This document shows, one piece after another, positions 18,415 to 29,539 of a DNA stretch of 64,000 nucleotides (the first letter of the stretch is position 1; each line of letters begins with the position of its first letter). This DNA is from an uncultured Actinomycetes bacterium (lineage in GTDB: Bacteria; Actinomycetota; Acidimicrobiia; IMCC26256; PALSA-610): contig CAWASN010000007.1 in the NCBI GenBank assembly GCA_963784845.1, positions 4,022 through 68,021 of the forward strand. Direction: 5' to 3'. Under the pieces are notes generated by a model. That model saw only the letters and a list, made by a program, of their open reading frames with translations, did no database searches and was not told the DNA's origin. Position numbers and translations under genes: made by a program.

Positions 18415-18446
18415 GGGGCCGCTTCCGAACACCGGGAGGCGGCCCC
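18415..18446 (-). terminator. GC-rich hairpin downstream of the phosphotransferase gene
   Basis: GGGGCCGC (18415-18422) pairs perfectly with GCGGCCCC (18439-18446) around a 16-nt loop. On the minus strand it is followed by ATTTCGTGTT. It lies 44 nt after the stop at 18490. Confidence 0.4.
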
Positions 18447-18489
18447 GTTCACGTCCGGTTGTGCTCGTCGTCGGATTCCGGGGGGCGGT

Positions 18490-19260
18490 TCACGCTCGGC
18501 GACGGTGCCCGAACGGCGGTTCTGCGTTCATCTCGTCGATCAGCTCCTCGCGGTGGCGGCGAAGCCAGTCCATCTCGGCTCGAATCGATGCGATTGCCCT
18601 CGCGGCTCCCGACGCGCTTCGCTTGCTCCGAGGGAGCGCCGCCTGCGCGCGCACGAGCGCAATCGTTTCGCCTTGTTGCGTCGACATCGCATCGAACAGC
18701 GCACCCGCATCGGAGAGCCCGTAGGCATCGCAGATCACCCGAAGTCGCCTCGAGCGCAGTCGAGTACCGGCCAAGCCCGTGTCGTCGCCTCCGGCGATGA
18801 CGAACGTCCAACCCATGTAGGCCACGTCGTCGATGCGGTTGCCCGGCCGCGCATTGTCGAAGTCGAGGAGGACACGTGGCGTGCCGTCGCGCCAAACCAT
18901 GTTCGTCGGGTTCACGTCGCCGTGGCGCACGACCTCTTGCATCCCGGCGAGCGGGGACCCGCTCGTGACGTCGTGGAACCGTCGTAGGAGCCTGACGGCG
19001 GAGATCAGCTGTCCTTCGGACCACGCCCCGTATCCCAAATCGTGCGGGACCCATCCCTCGACGTGGCTCAGGATCTCTCGGCCTTGCTCGTCGACGCCGA
19101 GGTACACCGGAGCGCCACCGAAGCTCTCGGCCGCGAGGTAACGCAGAAGTTCATGCGCGAAGTCGGCATTCGGCGCCTGCCATCGGCGGACGGTCGCGCC
19201 CACCCGAACGACCCCGACCGACGCCTGCCCTCCTGCCAGCGGTTCCTCCATCATCACCAT
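18490..19260 (-). CDS. Phosphotransferase family protein (APH/choline-kinase fold)
   Basis: Intact 256-aa ORF with an HGDVNPTNMVW catalytic loop and LLDFDNA (DFD metal-binding motif). Confidence 0.8.
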   Translation of the reverse strand: MVMMEEPLAGGQASVGVVRVGATVRRWQAPNADFAHELLRYLAAESFGGAPVYLGVDEQGREILSHVEGWVPHDLGYGAWSEGQLISAVRLLRRFHDVTSGSPLAGMQEVVRHGDVNPTNMVWRDGTPRVLLDFDNARPGNRIDDVAYMGWTFVIAGGDDTGLAGTRLRSRRLRVICDAYGLSDAGALFDAMSTQQGETIALVRAQAALPRSKRSASGAARAIASIRAEMDWLRRHREELIDEMNAEPPFGHRRRA

Positions 19261-19517
19261 CCCTCCATCATCACCAACATCGTGTGGCGGTCATGATGGG
19301 GCCCGCGCCGAGCCGTCCTGGGCGCACCCGAGGCGCTCGCAGGTTGCCGAAGCCCGGTATCCAGAGGCGAGAACGAGGCTGCTCTTGAATGAGAGAACCG
19401 TTCTCGTTAGCGTGTCCCGCTATCGGGCCGGCGCCGGTAAGGCAACTGGCTCGGGGAGTGCGTCGCGAGTCGCGTCGCGGGTGTGCACAACGACCAGATC
19501 GACGTCCGGGGGGAAAC

Positions 19518-20895
19518 ATGCGTAAACGGCCGGTGCTCGCGAGTGCGGTGCTGCTCGCTTTGGTCGTGGCCGCGTGCGGGAACTCCAAGTCGCAGAGCGC
19601 CGGTCCGACGACGTTGCCTTCGAGCAATACGCCCCAGACCACCGCGAGCGCCGCCGACCTCACCAAGAACGTGCCGCGACCCGGCGTCAAGGGCGTGACC
19701 GACACGACCATCCGCGTCGCGGTCATCACGGCGAAGACGAACCCGATCGGTGGCAAGTATCACGAGTACATCGACGGAATCCGCGCCTACTTCAAAGTCA
19801 TCAACGACGCCGGTGGTATCTACGGCCGCAAGCTCGTCGTCGCGTCGGATCGTGACGACGTGGTCGGTTTGCAGAACGTCCAGCAGACGACGTCGAGCCT
19901 CGCCGACGACAACACGTTCCGCGACCTTCGAAGCGACTCAGCAGCTCACCGGCGCCGACCTGCTCGCCAAAGCGCACATGCCGACGTTCATCTGGAACAT
20001 CGACCCCGAGATGGCGAGTACGCCGACCTCGGATCACAGCAACATCTTCGGGAGCAATCCCGCGATCTGCTTCGACTGCCCCGGGCCCCTGAACTCGTGG
20101 CTCGCGGTGAAGAACGGTTTCACGAAGATCGGCATCCTTGGATACGGCGTCTCCGCGGAGTCGAAGCTCTGCGCAACCGGGACACGCGATTCCTACACGA
20201 AGTACACCAACGGCAAGGTGAAGGTGGTGTTCTTCGACGACTCGCTGCCGTTCGCGGCCGACCTGACCGCAGACGTCGCGAACATGAAGGATGCAGGAGT
20301 CCAGTACGTCAATACGTGTATGGACACCAACGAGGTCCTCAAGCTGCAAAAGGAGATGAAGAAGCAGGGCCTGAACACGATCCAGAACCTCCCCAACGCG
20401 TACGACCACGACTTCGCTTCCCAGAACGCTGCGCTGTTCGAGGGGACGTTCATCGAGCCGCTCTACGCGCCCTGGGAGACCCAGCCGCAGTCGCCGGCGA
20501 CGAAGGCGTACCTGGCCGGCATCAAGGCGATCACGAACGATCCCGTCGAGCTGACCGAGTTCGGTTGGATCTCGGCCATGCAGTTCGTCGACGGCTTGAA
20601 GGGCTCCGGCCCCGAGTTCACCCAACAGACTGTGATCGACTATCTCAACGCCCAGCGGGCCTACTCCGCTCAAGGGCTGGTGCAGCCGATCGACTGGTCT
20701 ACCGGCCACATCGATCCGCAGAAACACCCCGAGGTGCGGCTGAAGGAACAGTGCCAGCCCGTGATGCAGATCAAGGGTGGCAAGTTCGTACTCTTCGACA
20801 CGCCACCCGACAAGCCGTTCACGTGCCTCGACACGTCCAAGCCCGCCGACCAGACGGCCGTCTACAAGTCGTTCGCACCCGGCGGCGTCGGATGA
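19518..20895 (+). CDS. ABC substrate-binding lipoprotein (Leu/Ile/Val-binding-protein family), one frameshift near 19920
   Basis: MRKRPVLASAVLLALVVAACGN carries a lipobox. IRVAVITAKTNPIGGKYHEYIDGIRAYFKVINDAGGIYGRKL reads in the 19389 frame, and the remainder reads in ORF 19750..20895. No cognate permease or ATPase is adjacent. Confidence 0.8.
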
Positions 20896-21009
20896 GCAAC
20901 CGGGATGAGCGGAGCGCCTCTCGTTCACGGTGCCGTGGGTGGGAAACCGCGAGACTTGGCCGTCCGATCCGAGAGGATTGGGCAGCGCGGGCGGGTCTAG
21001 GATCTTGTC

Positions 21010-21779
21010 ATGACCGCGCTGGTCCGCGAGCTGGCCTTCCTTCCCAAGTTCGACTCCGTGGAGGAGGAACGCCTCCATCGCAAGCAACGGCTCGCGGCGT
21101 CGTTCCGCCTGTTCGGAAAGTTCGGATTCGACGAAGGCGTCGCCGGCCACATCACCGTGCGAGATCCCGAGCACCTCGACCGCTTCTGGCTCAATCCCTT
21201 CGGGATGAACTTCAAGCACATCCGTGTCTCGGACCTGATCTGCGTCGACCACACCGGTGCGGTGGTCGAAGGCGACGCGACGGTCAACCGTGCCGCCTTC
21301 GCGATCCACTCGCAGGTGCATGCGGCGCGTCCCGACGTGATCGCGGCCGCGCACTCGCACTCGTTGCACGGCAAGGCGTGGTCGTCGTTGGGCCGTCTCC
21401 TCGATCCGATCACGCAGGACGCGTGCGGGTTCTTCGAGGATCATGCCCTGTTCGACGACTTCACCGGCGTGGTGCTCGACCTCGAAGAGGGCAGGCGAAT
21501 CAGCGAAGCCCTCGGCACCAACAAGGCCGTGATCCTCCGCAACCACGGGCTGTTGACTGTCGGCCATTGCGTCGACGCGGCGGTGTGGTCGTACATCACC
21601 ATGGAGCGGAGCTGCCAGGCGCAGCTGTTGGCCGAGGCCGCGGGAACGCCGGTGCTCATCGACGCCGAGATCGGCGCGCAAGACATACTCGATGGTCGGA
21701 TCGCCGCAGGCCTGTTACCACGCGTTCCAGCCGCTCTACGACGATGATCACCCGCGAGCAGCCCGATCTGTTCGAATAG
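21010..21779 (+). CDS. Class II aldolase/adducin family protein (frameshifts in the last ~80 nt)
   Basis: GHITVRDPE...AFAIHSQVHAARPDVIAAAHSHSLHG...ILRNHGLLTVG. The expected tail FQPLYD../..REQPDLFE is split over other frames and ends at 21779. Confidence 0.8.
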
Positions 21780-21816
21780 CCGAGCGGGTGGGTAGCCCGG
21801 CGCGCGTTGCTCCGAT

Positions 21817-22218
21817 CTAGGAAACGAACGTGGCCGCGCGACGGTGGAAGCGCCATACGCCGTTGTCGCGGTGGAGCGTGTCCTCGTAGCGGCCCACGAC
21901 TTGAATCGCCCAGCCTGCGTCACCCTGCAGCAAGAAGATCACGTCGCTGATCGCGTTCGCCTCGTGATCGCTCCAGTCGGTGACGAGCGTGTTGACGACG
22001 AGGTGGCGCTGGGGCCGCCTCGGTTTCCATGCAGAGTAGGCCTCGCGCAGCGCATCGTGGCCGACGTGGGTACCCATGCCCGGTATCTCACAGACGCCGT
22101 CGGCACAGAACGTGGAGACGACGTCGTCGGTCCGGCCGTCGTCCAAGGCATGGGTATAGGCGGCGATGGTGGCGCGGACGCCCGCGACCACCTCTGCGTA
22201 CGTCGTCTTGGCGCTCAT
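21817..22218 (-). CDS. SnoaL-like / NTF2-fold protein
   Basis: 133 aa from the ATG at 22218. AAYTHALDDGRTDDVVSTFCADGVCEI...GVWRFHRRAATFVS is a typical SnoaL_4-type pattern. Confidence 0.7.
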   Translation of the reverse strand: MSAKTTYAEVVAGVRATIAAYTHALDDGRTDDVVSTFCADGVCEIPGMGTHVGHDALREAYSAWKPRRPQRHLVVNTLVTDWSDHEANAISDVIFLLQGDAGWAIQVVGRYEDTLHRDNGVWRFHRRAATFVS

Positions 22219-22267
22219 GCGGTGAGCCTCGCGTGGCATGGTCTCCGACCACGGTCGCCGGCCGCGC

Positions 22268-23629
22268 TCAGAAGCGGATGTCGACAATGGGCCGCTCGAG
22301 CGGGTTCACGTTGACCGCCGGCAGCGCCGGGAGTAGCTGCTCGTCGGGGAGGCCCGCGAGGTAGCCGTCGATGGTCCGGTGGAAGTTCGAGATGTGGCCC
22401 TCCATCTGCTCGGACAAGCGCATGTACTCGAAGCCCCGGGCGTGGAGACCTTTTTGTTGCCGGGGCAGGTTCGAGAAGTCCTCCGCGGGAATCGGCGGCC
22501 AACGCGGATCGTCGCTCTCCCACGGCTCGGGCGGCGTGGGCTTCCCCGGAGCAGTGCCCTCGGGGAAGCGTGTGAGCGACCAGATCTCCATCAGCGTTTC
22601 CTCCGGTCCCAGCGGCCGGAACCGGTACGAGGAGGCGCTGCTGTACATCGGCAACACGAAGTAGTGCGGGAAGCAGTAACCCATTGGCTCGTTGAGCCCG
22701 TGCGCCTCGAGATCGTTGAGATCGGGGACGTCGGAGCCGGCGGCACGATGCCAGTTCACGACGGCTTCGTTGAGCGCGTGATTCCATGCCGCGACCGCCA
22801 ACGTCGGATCGGCGGGCAGCTCCATGTGGCGTAGGCCCTCGGCGATGCGCACGTCGTTCGCGTGGACCATGCCCGCCATACCGTCGCTCATGGTGCGCAG
22901 GTATCGGATGTCCGCTTCGATGTACGCACGCGGGTCGAAGGGGCCCTTGGGTGGCGCGTACCGGCCGGGGATGCGGAGCTGCGGATGCGTCTGCACCACG
23001 TGGTACTGCTCGACGAACGCCTCTTCGGCAAGCTTCCAGTTCACCGGGAGACGGCACGCGTACCACCACTCGGTTCGCAGGGTCTCCACCTTCCACGCGT
23101 CGAGGGCGGTGGCGATCGGCTCGATGCACTGCCGCAGCGGCGGGGCGTCGTCGTCCAGGTTGATCCATGCGCAGCCGCCCCACACCTCGCACCGCACGGG
23201 CGTGAGGTCGAGGTCGTCGGAGCGGAGGTTGTGTTCCGCGAAGGTCTTTGCCCGCGTGACTGCCGTGTTCTTGCCGTCGGGCCCGTAACGCCACCCGTGG
23301 AACGGGCAGGTGAATTCTTGCTCGCACGTGCCCCGACCCTCGGCGATCCTCACGCCGCGATGGCGGCAGGCATTCTGGAACGCCGTGACTCCCATGTCGT
23401 CGGTACGCAACACGACGATCGACTGATCGAGGAACTCGTACTCGACGAAATCCCGCGGCTGTGGGATCTCTTCCAGCCGGCACGCCATCTGCCAGACACG
23501 AGGCCACAACAACTCGACTTCCATCTGGTAGAAGTCCGAGTCGTAGTAGCGCTCCTTGCGGACGCGGTCCGGGAGCTCGATCGCAAAGGGCACCGGGAGT
23601 GCCGACCACTTCCGATCCGCGATCGCCAC
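22268..23629 (-). CDS. Rieske [2Fe-2S] aromatic-ring-hydroxylating oxygenase, alpha subunit
   Basis: Intact 453 aa with the Rieske motif CRHRG-x17-CPFHGW, followed by a catalytic domain containing EQYHVVQTHP. Confidence 0.9.
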   Translation of the reverse strand: MAIADRKWSALPVPFAIELPDRVRKERYYDSDFYQMEVELLWPRVWQMACRLEEIPQPRDFVEYEFLDQSIVVLRTDDMGVTAFQNACRHRGVRIAEGRGTCEQEFTCPFHGWRYGPDGKNTAVTRAKTFAEHNLRSDDLDLTPVRCEVWGGCAWINLDDDAPPLRQCIEPIATALDAWKVETLRTEWWYACRLPVNWKLAEEAFVEQYHVVQTHPQLRIPGRYAPPKGPFDPRAYIEADIRYLRTMSDGMAGMVHANDVRIAEGLRHMELPADPTLAVAAWNHALNEAVVNWHRAAGSDVPDLNDLEAHGLNEPMGYCFPHYFVLPMYSSASSYRFRPLGPEETLMEIWSLTRFPEGTAPGKPTPPEPWESDDPRWPPIPAEDFSNLPRQQKGLHARGFEYMRLSEQMEGHISNFHRTIDGYLAGLPDEQLLPALPAVNVNPLERPIVDIRF

Positions 23630-23676
23630 GCAACGCCCCCTTCCCTCTCGGAATGCGCTGAGAGGCGACGATATAG

Positions 23677-23696
23677 TAACCGACCGGTCGGTACAA
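23677..23696. promoter_or_regulatory. Recurrent operator-like motif, copy a (palindrome ACCGACCGGTCGGT)
   Basis: The reverse strand reads TTGTACCGACCGGTCGGTTA. It lies between the divergent Rieske (-) and BVMO (+) starts. Confidence 0.5.
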
Positions 23697-23742
23697 TGCG
23701 CCGACGTCTCGCGTGAAGCGCACGGTCACCCTGGAGAGGCAC

Positions 23743-25405
23743 GTGAGCGAAGTAACCGACGTACTGATCGTCGGCGCCGGCATCACCGGCATCTACCAGC
23801 TGTATCGCGCTCGTGAAGCAGGGTTCTCGGTGAAGCTGCTCGAGGCCGGCGATGGCGTGGGCGGTACGTGGTACTGGAACCGCTATCCGGGCACGCGGTT
23901 CGACTCCGAGAGTTACACCTACGGCTACCTCTTCTCGAAAGACCTGTTCGACGAATGGGAGTGGCAAGAGCACTTCGCGCAACAACCGGAAACCGAGCGC
24001 TACATCAACCACGTCGTCGACCGCTTCGACCTCCGGCGCGACATCCGATTCGGCGCGACCGTGACCTCGGCCGTGTACGACGAGGCTTCGGGGACATGGA
24101 CCGTGGTGCTCGCCGGCGGCGCCGAGCTCCGGACGCGCTTCCTCGTCGCCGCGACCGGCGTCTTGTCGGTGCCGTACTTCCCGGACGTGCCGGGCCGCGG
24201 CGACTTTCGCGGCGAGTCGTTCCACACCGGCTTGTGGCCGGCGACGCCGGTCGATTTCGCAGGCAAGCGCGTGGCGGTCATCGGGACCGGATCGAGCGGC
24301 GTGCAGGTGATCCCGTCCATTGCCGGAGCGGTCGCGTCCCTGACCGTCTACCAGCGCACGGCCAACTGGTGTACGCCGCTCAACAACGCACCGATCACAC
24401 CCGAAGAGCAGGCGCAACTCCGGGCGGACTTCGAAGCGATACGCGAGACACTGAACACGTCGCCGAGCGGCTTCCTTCACCCCGTGCACGATCGGGCCAC
24501 TTTCGACGACTCGAGGAATGAGCGCCGCGCCTTCTACGAGAAGATGTGGAACAGCCCCGGCTTCTCGAAGCTGACCAGCCACTACACCGACTTGCTGTTC
24601 GATGAGGCTGCGAACGCCGAGTGGTGCGAGTTCATCGCCGAGAAGATCCGCAGCATCGTCGAGGATCCCGAAACCGCGAGGAAGCTGATCCCGGACGACC
24701 ACCGCTTTGCCGAGAAGCGGCCTCCCTTCGTGACCGGCTACTACGAGGTCTACAACAACCCGAACGTCTCGCTCGTCGATCTCAAAGTGACGCCGATCGT
24801 GCGAATGACCGCGAGCGGGATCGAGACGGCCGAAGGTGAACGCGAGTTCGACATCGTCGTGTGGGCGACCGGGTTCGACTTCGGCACCGGCGCGCTCATG
24901 CGCATGGGGATCCGCGGCCGGGACGGTCTCGCGCTCGAGGACTACTGGGCCGATGGCCCGAAGACGTTCCTCGGCGTCCAGACGCACGGGCTTTCCGAAC
25001 TTTTTCTTCCCCGGTGGTCCGCACGCCGCCGCCGGCAACAATCCGCGGTACAACGGCGACCAGGTCGACTTCATCACCGACACACTCGTGTACCTGCGTG
25101 AGCACGGCTACGACACCATCGAAGTCGATCCGGCCGCGGAAGAGGAGTGGACCAACATGGTCGACACCGGCGCGGCGATGTCGCCGTTCGGGGAGAGCAG
25201 CTACTTCTTCGGGACGAACATCCCGGGAAAGCCGCGCCGCTACCTCCTGAACTCGGGTGGAAGGCCCAAGCTCTTCAAGGTGATCGCCAAAGTTCGCAAG
25301 AACGAGTACAAGGGGTTCCGGCTTTCGCGTTCGTCGAACCCGACGGGAACGACCGCGTCAGACAGTCGCGACCGGAGTCACCGGCGAGCCCACCGCGCCC
25401 GGTAG
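23743..25405 (+). CDS. Baeyer-Villiger (flavin-containing) monooxygenase, one frameshift near 24990
   Basis: GGAGAGG-N3-GTG at 23743. Motifs are VGAGITG, the BVMO fingerprint FRGESFHTGLW, and GTGSSG. The C-terminal third lies in ORF 24836..25405 (FPNFFFPGGPH...). The 3' end is uncertain because it overlaps the convergent cyclase gene. Confidence 0.85.
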
Positions 25406-26416
25406 GCGCAGCGGAGGCGCAGTGAGCAGGAATCGGCTTCGCTCGTGCTCGCGCAGCCATGTCGCGAGCTCGTGGAGATACCACATCTCTCCGAGCGGGA
25501 CGCCGAGCCGGAAGAGGCACAGGTGGTGGATGGGGAGGAACGAGTGCCGGCTCTCGTCGCGATCGCGCCCGACGAGCCCCTCGACCGCGTAGTTGTCCGC
25601 GACCAGCGCCGAGATCTGTGACTCGGTGATCCACTCCAGCAGTGACTCGTCGCGCGCCGTCGAGGTAGGTACACATGGCGTGGATCTTCACGGGATCGGG
25701 TTCGCGGTTCCACTTCAGGATCTCGGTCGCGAACCCGGTGTGCAGCACGAGCATGTCGCCCGGCTCGACCACGACTTGTCGGCCGCCATGATCTCCTCGA
25801 GCGTCTTCAGGTCGACTCCGCGCCAATCGTGGCCGAGGTGGTGGGCCAAGTCGACGAGGACGCCTCGCCCCTGCACACCGTTGTAGGCCATGTGCTCCAG
25901 GCCGAGGTGGTGCGCGAAGCAGAGGTGCTCGCCGCCGTCGCCCGCGGCGTCGGGCTTCGGTCCGACGAGGTCGACCCCGGCGCGGTAACCGTTGTAATAG
26001 ACCGGCTCCTCGATCCCGTCGCCGTCGGCGTCGAACTCGGCGCCGACGTGCGCGAGCGAGTCCCACTGCGTCGAGTACTGCAGCGAGAGCGTCACGACGT
26101 CGTCGGCCCACACGTCGACGTAGCGCGGGTCGCCCCACTCGTCCATCTCGCTCATGTGGACGTTGTAGAACGTGCCGGCATTGCCGCGCATGTCCTCGGT
26201 CGGCGCGAGCATCGGCGGGTAGCGCCGCTGGTTCAGCGCGGTACCGCCGGGGTAGTCGAGCGGCAGGCTGAGGCAGAAGTTGATGCCGGCCTCGACCTCG
26301 CGCACGCCCTGGAGCACCTTCTCGGGGGTGAGCAGGTTGATGCGGCCGAGCTCGTCGTCGTCGCCCCAATCGCCCCACGTCGAGCCGGGCGGGCGCTGCT
26401 TCCACCGCTTCGTCAC
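25358..26416 (-). CDS. Putative cyclase / kynurenine-formamidase-like family protein (2 frameshifts)
   Basis: ORF 25715..26416(-) gives MTKRWKQRPPGSTWGDWGDDDELGRINLL...STQWDSLAHVG. It continues as VVEPGDMLVLHTGF in the 25275 frame, then as ARDESLLEWITESQISALVADNYAVEG...MWYLHELA in a third frame, with a stop at 25358. Confidence 0.7.
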
Positions 26417-26455
26417 GGCTTCCTCCCCTTCCGACGCAACCGTCCGCGCGTTGTA

Positions 26456-26473
26456 TTGTACCGACCGGTTGGT
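26456..26473. promoter_or_regulatory. Recurrent operator-like motif, copy b
   Basis: TTGTACCGACCGGTTGGT lies between the divergent cyclase (-) and amidohydrolase (+) starts. Confidence 0.5.
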
Positions 26474-26544
26474 TTATCGTCGATGTCACCTCGCGACGTC
26501 GAGTCGCAGCACGTCCGCGTGTTTCGCGCAGGAAGGTCGCAACG

Positions 26545-27813
26545 ATGACCCAGAAGGACTTCGTCGTCTCCGCCGACGGGCACCTTCTCGAGCCCACCGA
26601 CCTGTTCCGCACCCGTCTCCCGAAGCACCTGCGCGACCGCGCCGTGTGGGAGGAGGACTTCGAGATCGAGCCACTCGTCGAGGGCGGCGCCCGGATCTTC
26701 CGGCAGTTGCACACGCCGGGGTACGAAGGCTGGACGATCTCTCGGTATCGCCAGACCGGCGGGCGGATGCCGGAAGGCGATCCCGAGCACATCCTCGAGC
26801 GACATGGACCTCGACGGGGTCGACGTCCAGGTGATGCACCCGAACCTGTCGCTTGTTCGGGCTCTACTCCGACGACCACGAGCTGTCGATGGCGCACGCC
26901 CGCGTGTACAACGACTACGTCATCGAGCGGTTCGCGCCGTACTTCTCGCGGTTGGCGCCCACTGCTCCGGTGCCGCTGACCGACATCGACGACGCGGTCG
27001 CCGAGATCGAGCGCGTCGCCGCCGGCGGGTTCCGAGCGATCCTGCTCCCGGCGACCCCGCCGCAGCCGTACTACTCGCGGGCGTTCGACCCGGTGTGGGC
27101 GGCGGCGCAGGCCAACGGCATGCACGTGTTCATCCACACCCAGACCGGTGGCGTGAAGGTCGACGACGCGACCGCGACGACGCTCAAGGTCGTCATGGAA
27201 CAGGCGGCGCAGGTCAACCAGCCGATGACCGAGAAGTCGGCCTCGAAGCGGATGATCACGCAGTGCGTCTACGGCCCGATCGTCCCGCAGCAGGTCATGT
27301 GCGAGCTGATCGGCGGCGGCGTCGCCGAGCGCTACCCCGACCTGCACTTCGCGCTCATCGAGTTCAACGCCCACTGGTTGGCGTCGCTGGTGGGGAGCAT
27401 GGACAAGTGCTGGGTCACCGGGATCGGCCAGGACGCCGACTGGTGGCTCGGGTACTGGGACGACGACCGCCCCGCCGACGACCAACCGGGCATGGCGCAG
27501 CTGTTCCGCCTGAACGACAAGTGGCCCTACCCGCTGATGCCGAGCGAGTACGTGCGGCGCCAGTTCCACGTGTCGTTCCAGGACGACCCGGTGGCCGTCG
27601 CCTGCCGGCACGTCACCGGGTTGTCGACGATCGTGTGGGGCAACGACTACCCGCACGCAGAAGGCACGTTCCGAGGGAGCCGAGAGCTGATCGCGAAAGC
27701 AGCTCGGCGATCTCCCTGCCGACGAGCGGGCCGCCCTCGTCGGTGGCACCCTCGGCGGGGCTCCTCGGGTTCGAGGCGCCGCAGCTGGCAGCCGTTCCGG
27801 GGGCTCGTTGTAG
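26545..27813 (+). CDS. Amidohydrolase_2 family protein (at least 3 frameshifts)
   Basis: MTQKDFVVSADGHLLEP, then MDLDGVDVQVMHPN, then ORF 26853..27905 with WGNDYPHAEGT. The likely stop is TAG at 27811 after a G-run, so the 3' end is approximate. Confidence 0.75.
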
Positions 27814-27858
27814 TTCCCGCTCGTGCTGCACCGCCGAAACGTCCGGTACGACCCGACG

Positions 27859-28517
27859 ACTACTCGGCGCCCGTGAGCCGTCGGGAGTGGCGATCCCGCG
27901 GATGAAGATGTCGGCGAACGGCTTGAGCGACGTCCTGCGCCGACAAGCGGACCGCCCGGCTTCAGCCACAGGTACGTGTAGTTGTGCATGCCGAGCCACG
28001 CGAGAGCCGTGAGCCTCGGGTCGACGTCGCGGAACTCGCCGGTGTCGATGCCGTCCTGCACGACCGACTCGACCCGTCGCTCGTACTCCCGCCGCCGCAC
28101 GCGGAACTGCTCGGCGCGGTACGTCGGTGAGCGCGGGGAACTCGTGCAGGAAGACCCAGACGTGGTCCGGGTAGCGGTGGATGACGTCGAGCAGCTCGTC
28201 GCCGAGCATGGCGAGCGCGCCGACGGCGACCCGCCCGCCTCCGCGACGCGAGCGGCGCCGAGCATCACCTCGTCCATCACCCGATCGTGGATGGCGGCGA
28301 GGAGCTCCTCCTTCGACTCGATGTAGTGATAGAAGGCGCCCTTGCCGAGACCGTTGACCGCGCACAGCTCCGCGATGCCCGTGGCGTGGTAGCCCTGCCG
28401 CGCGAAGACCGGCGCCGAGGTGTCGACGATCACGTCGCGACGCGCCTTCCACTTCGCGCTGCGCCGGGGCTCGTCGCTCGCGGCGGCGGTGGCATCGGCT
28501 GCAACGGTCCAGCGCAC
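27859..28517 (-). CDS. TetR family transcriptional regulator (several frameshifts)
   Basis: GTG at 28517. The HTH reads RRDVIVDTSAPVFARQGYHATGIAELCAVNGLGKGAFYHYIESKEELL. The C-terminal domain is split between the 25275 and 27613 frames (DPRLTALAWLGMHNYTYLW; FADIFIRGIA). The 3' end is approximate. Confidence 0.7.
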
Positions 28518-28535
28518 GAGCCCAAAACTATAGTG

Positions 28536-28549
28536 ACTGGTCGGTACAA
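28536..28549. promoter_or_regulatory. Recurrent operator-like motif, copy c
   Basis: The reverse strand reads TTGTACCGACCAGT. It lies between the TetR (-) start at 28517 and the SDR (+) start at 28570. Confidence 0.5.
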
Positions 28550-28569
28550 CCGTCACAGCAGGGCTACGG

Positions 28570-29492
28570 GTGAACGAGCACGGCTTCCAGGGGCGCGTCG
28601 CGGTCGTCACGGGTGCGGGACGCGGTATCGGCCGGGCCCATGCACTCCTGCTCGCCGAGCGGGGCGCGCGCGTCGTCGTCAACGACCTCGGCGGCTCGAT
28701 GTCGGGCGTCGGAGCCGACGCCGAGACCCGCGTCGACCGTCGCCGCCGAGATCGTCGGCCGCGGGCGGAGTCGCGATCGCCGACAACAGCGACGTCGCGA
28801 CGGCGACAGGTGCCCAGGCGCTCGTCGGATGCGGCGGTCGAGCAGTTCGGACGCGTCGACATCCTGGTCAACAACGCCGGCATCATCCGATGGGCGCGCT
28901 TTCCCGAAGCCGACGCGGACAATCTCGCGCGGCACCTCGCCGTGCACGTCGCGCGGCTCGTTCAACACGACCCGCGCCGCGTGGCCGCACATGGTCGAAC
29001 AGGGGTACGGCCGCATCGTCATGACGACGTCCGCAGGGATGTTCGGACTGCCCGACAACCTCTCCTACGCCACCGCCAAGGCCGGCGTCATCGGGCTCAC
29101 GCGCAGCCTCGCGACCGCCGGCGCCGCGCACGGCATCAAGGTCAACCTCATCGCACCCGCGGCGGTCACGCGCATGGCGGGCCGGAAAGCGGACGACGGG
29201 GATGCGGGCGGCGAGGCCGTTGCTCCGCAAATGGCGCCAGATCTCGTCGCACCGATGGTCGCCTTCCTCGCCCACGAGGACTGCCCGGTCAGTGGCGAGA
29301 TCTACGCCGCCGGCTGCCGGTCGCTTCGCGCGCATCTTCATCGCCTCGACGAGGGGTTACGTCCACTCCGAGCCGCACCCGACGATGGAGGACGTCGCGG
29401 AGAACTGGGCGACGATCAACGACGAGACCGGCTACTACGTCCCCGCCGACCTCACCGCCTGGTCCGGCGCATTTATGACACACCTGGCCTGA
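28570..29492 (+). CDS. SDR family oxidoreductase with C-terminal extension (many frameshifts)
   Basis: GRVAVVTGAGRGIGRAHALLLAERGARVVVNDLGG, then VDILVNNAGI, then YATAKAGVIGLT (YxxxK). The tail ...YVPADLTAWSGAFMTHLA is assembled from three frames. Confidence 0.75.
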
Positions 29493-29515
29493 CACACCTG
29501 GCCTGACACACCTGG
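29479..29515. repeat. 14-nt tandem repeat CACACCTGGCCTGA x2.6
   Basis: Read directly. Copy 1 contains the SDR stop codon (..THLA*), copy 2 repeats it in a different frame, and the third copy is partial. Confidence 0.8.
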
Positions 29516-29539
29516 GTCATGAAGGTCCGGTTCGGCGAC

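Noticed and set aside
19389-21779. 796-aa plus-strand ORF spanning the SBP and aldolase genes
   Set aside because: Only its first ~180 codons (the SBP N-terminus) and its last few codons (the aldolase tail) are genuine. The remainder is an out-of-frame Arg-rich reading of the real genes found in ORFs 19750..20895 and 21010..21747.
25275-28922. 1215-aa minus-strand ORF (the largest in the track)
   Set aside because: It is a chimera. It reads through parts of the cyclase and TetR genes in frame, and otherwise runs antisense or out of frame to the amidohydrolase on the plus strand. The composition is Arg/Pro/Ala-rich junk, typical of stop-poor frames in high-GC DNA.
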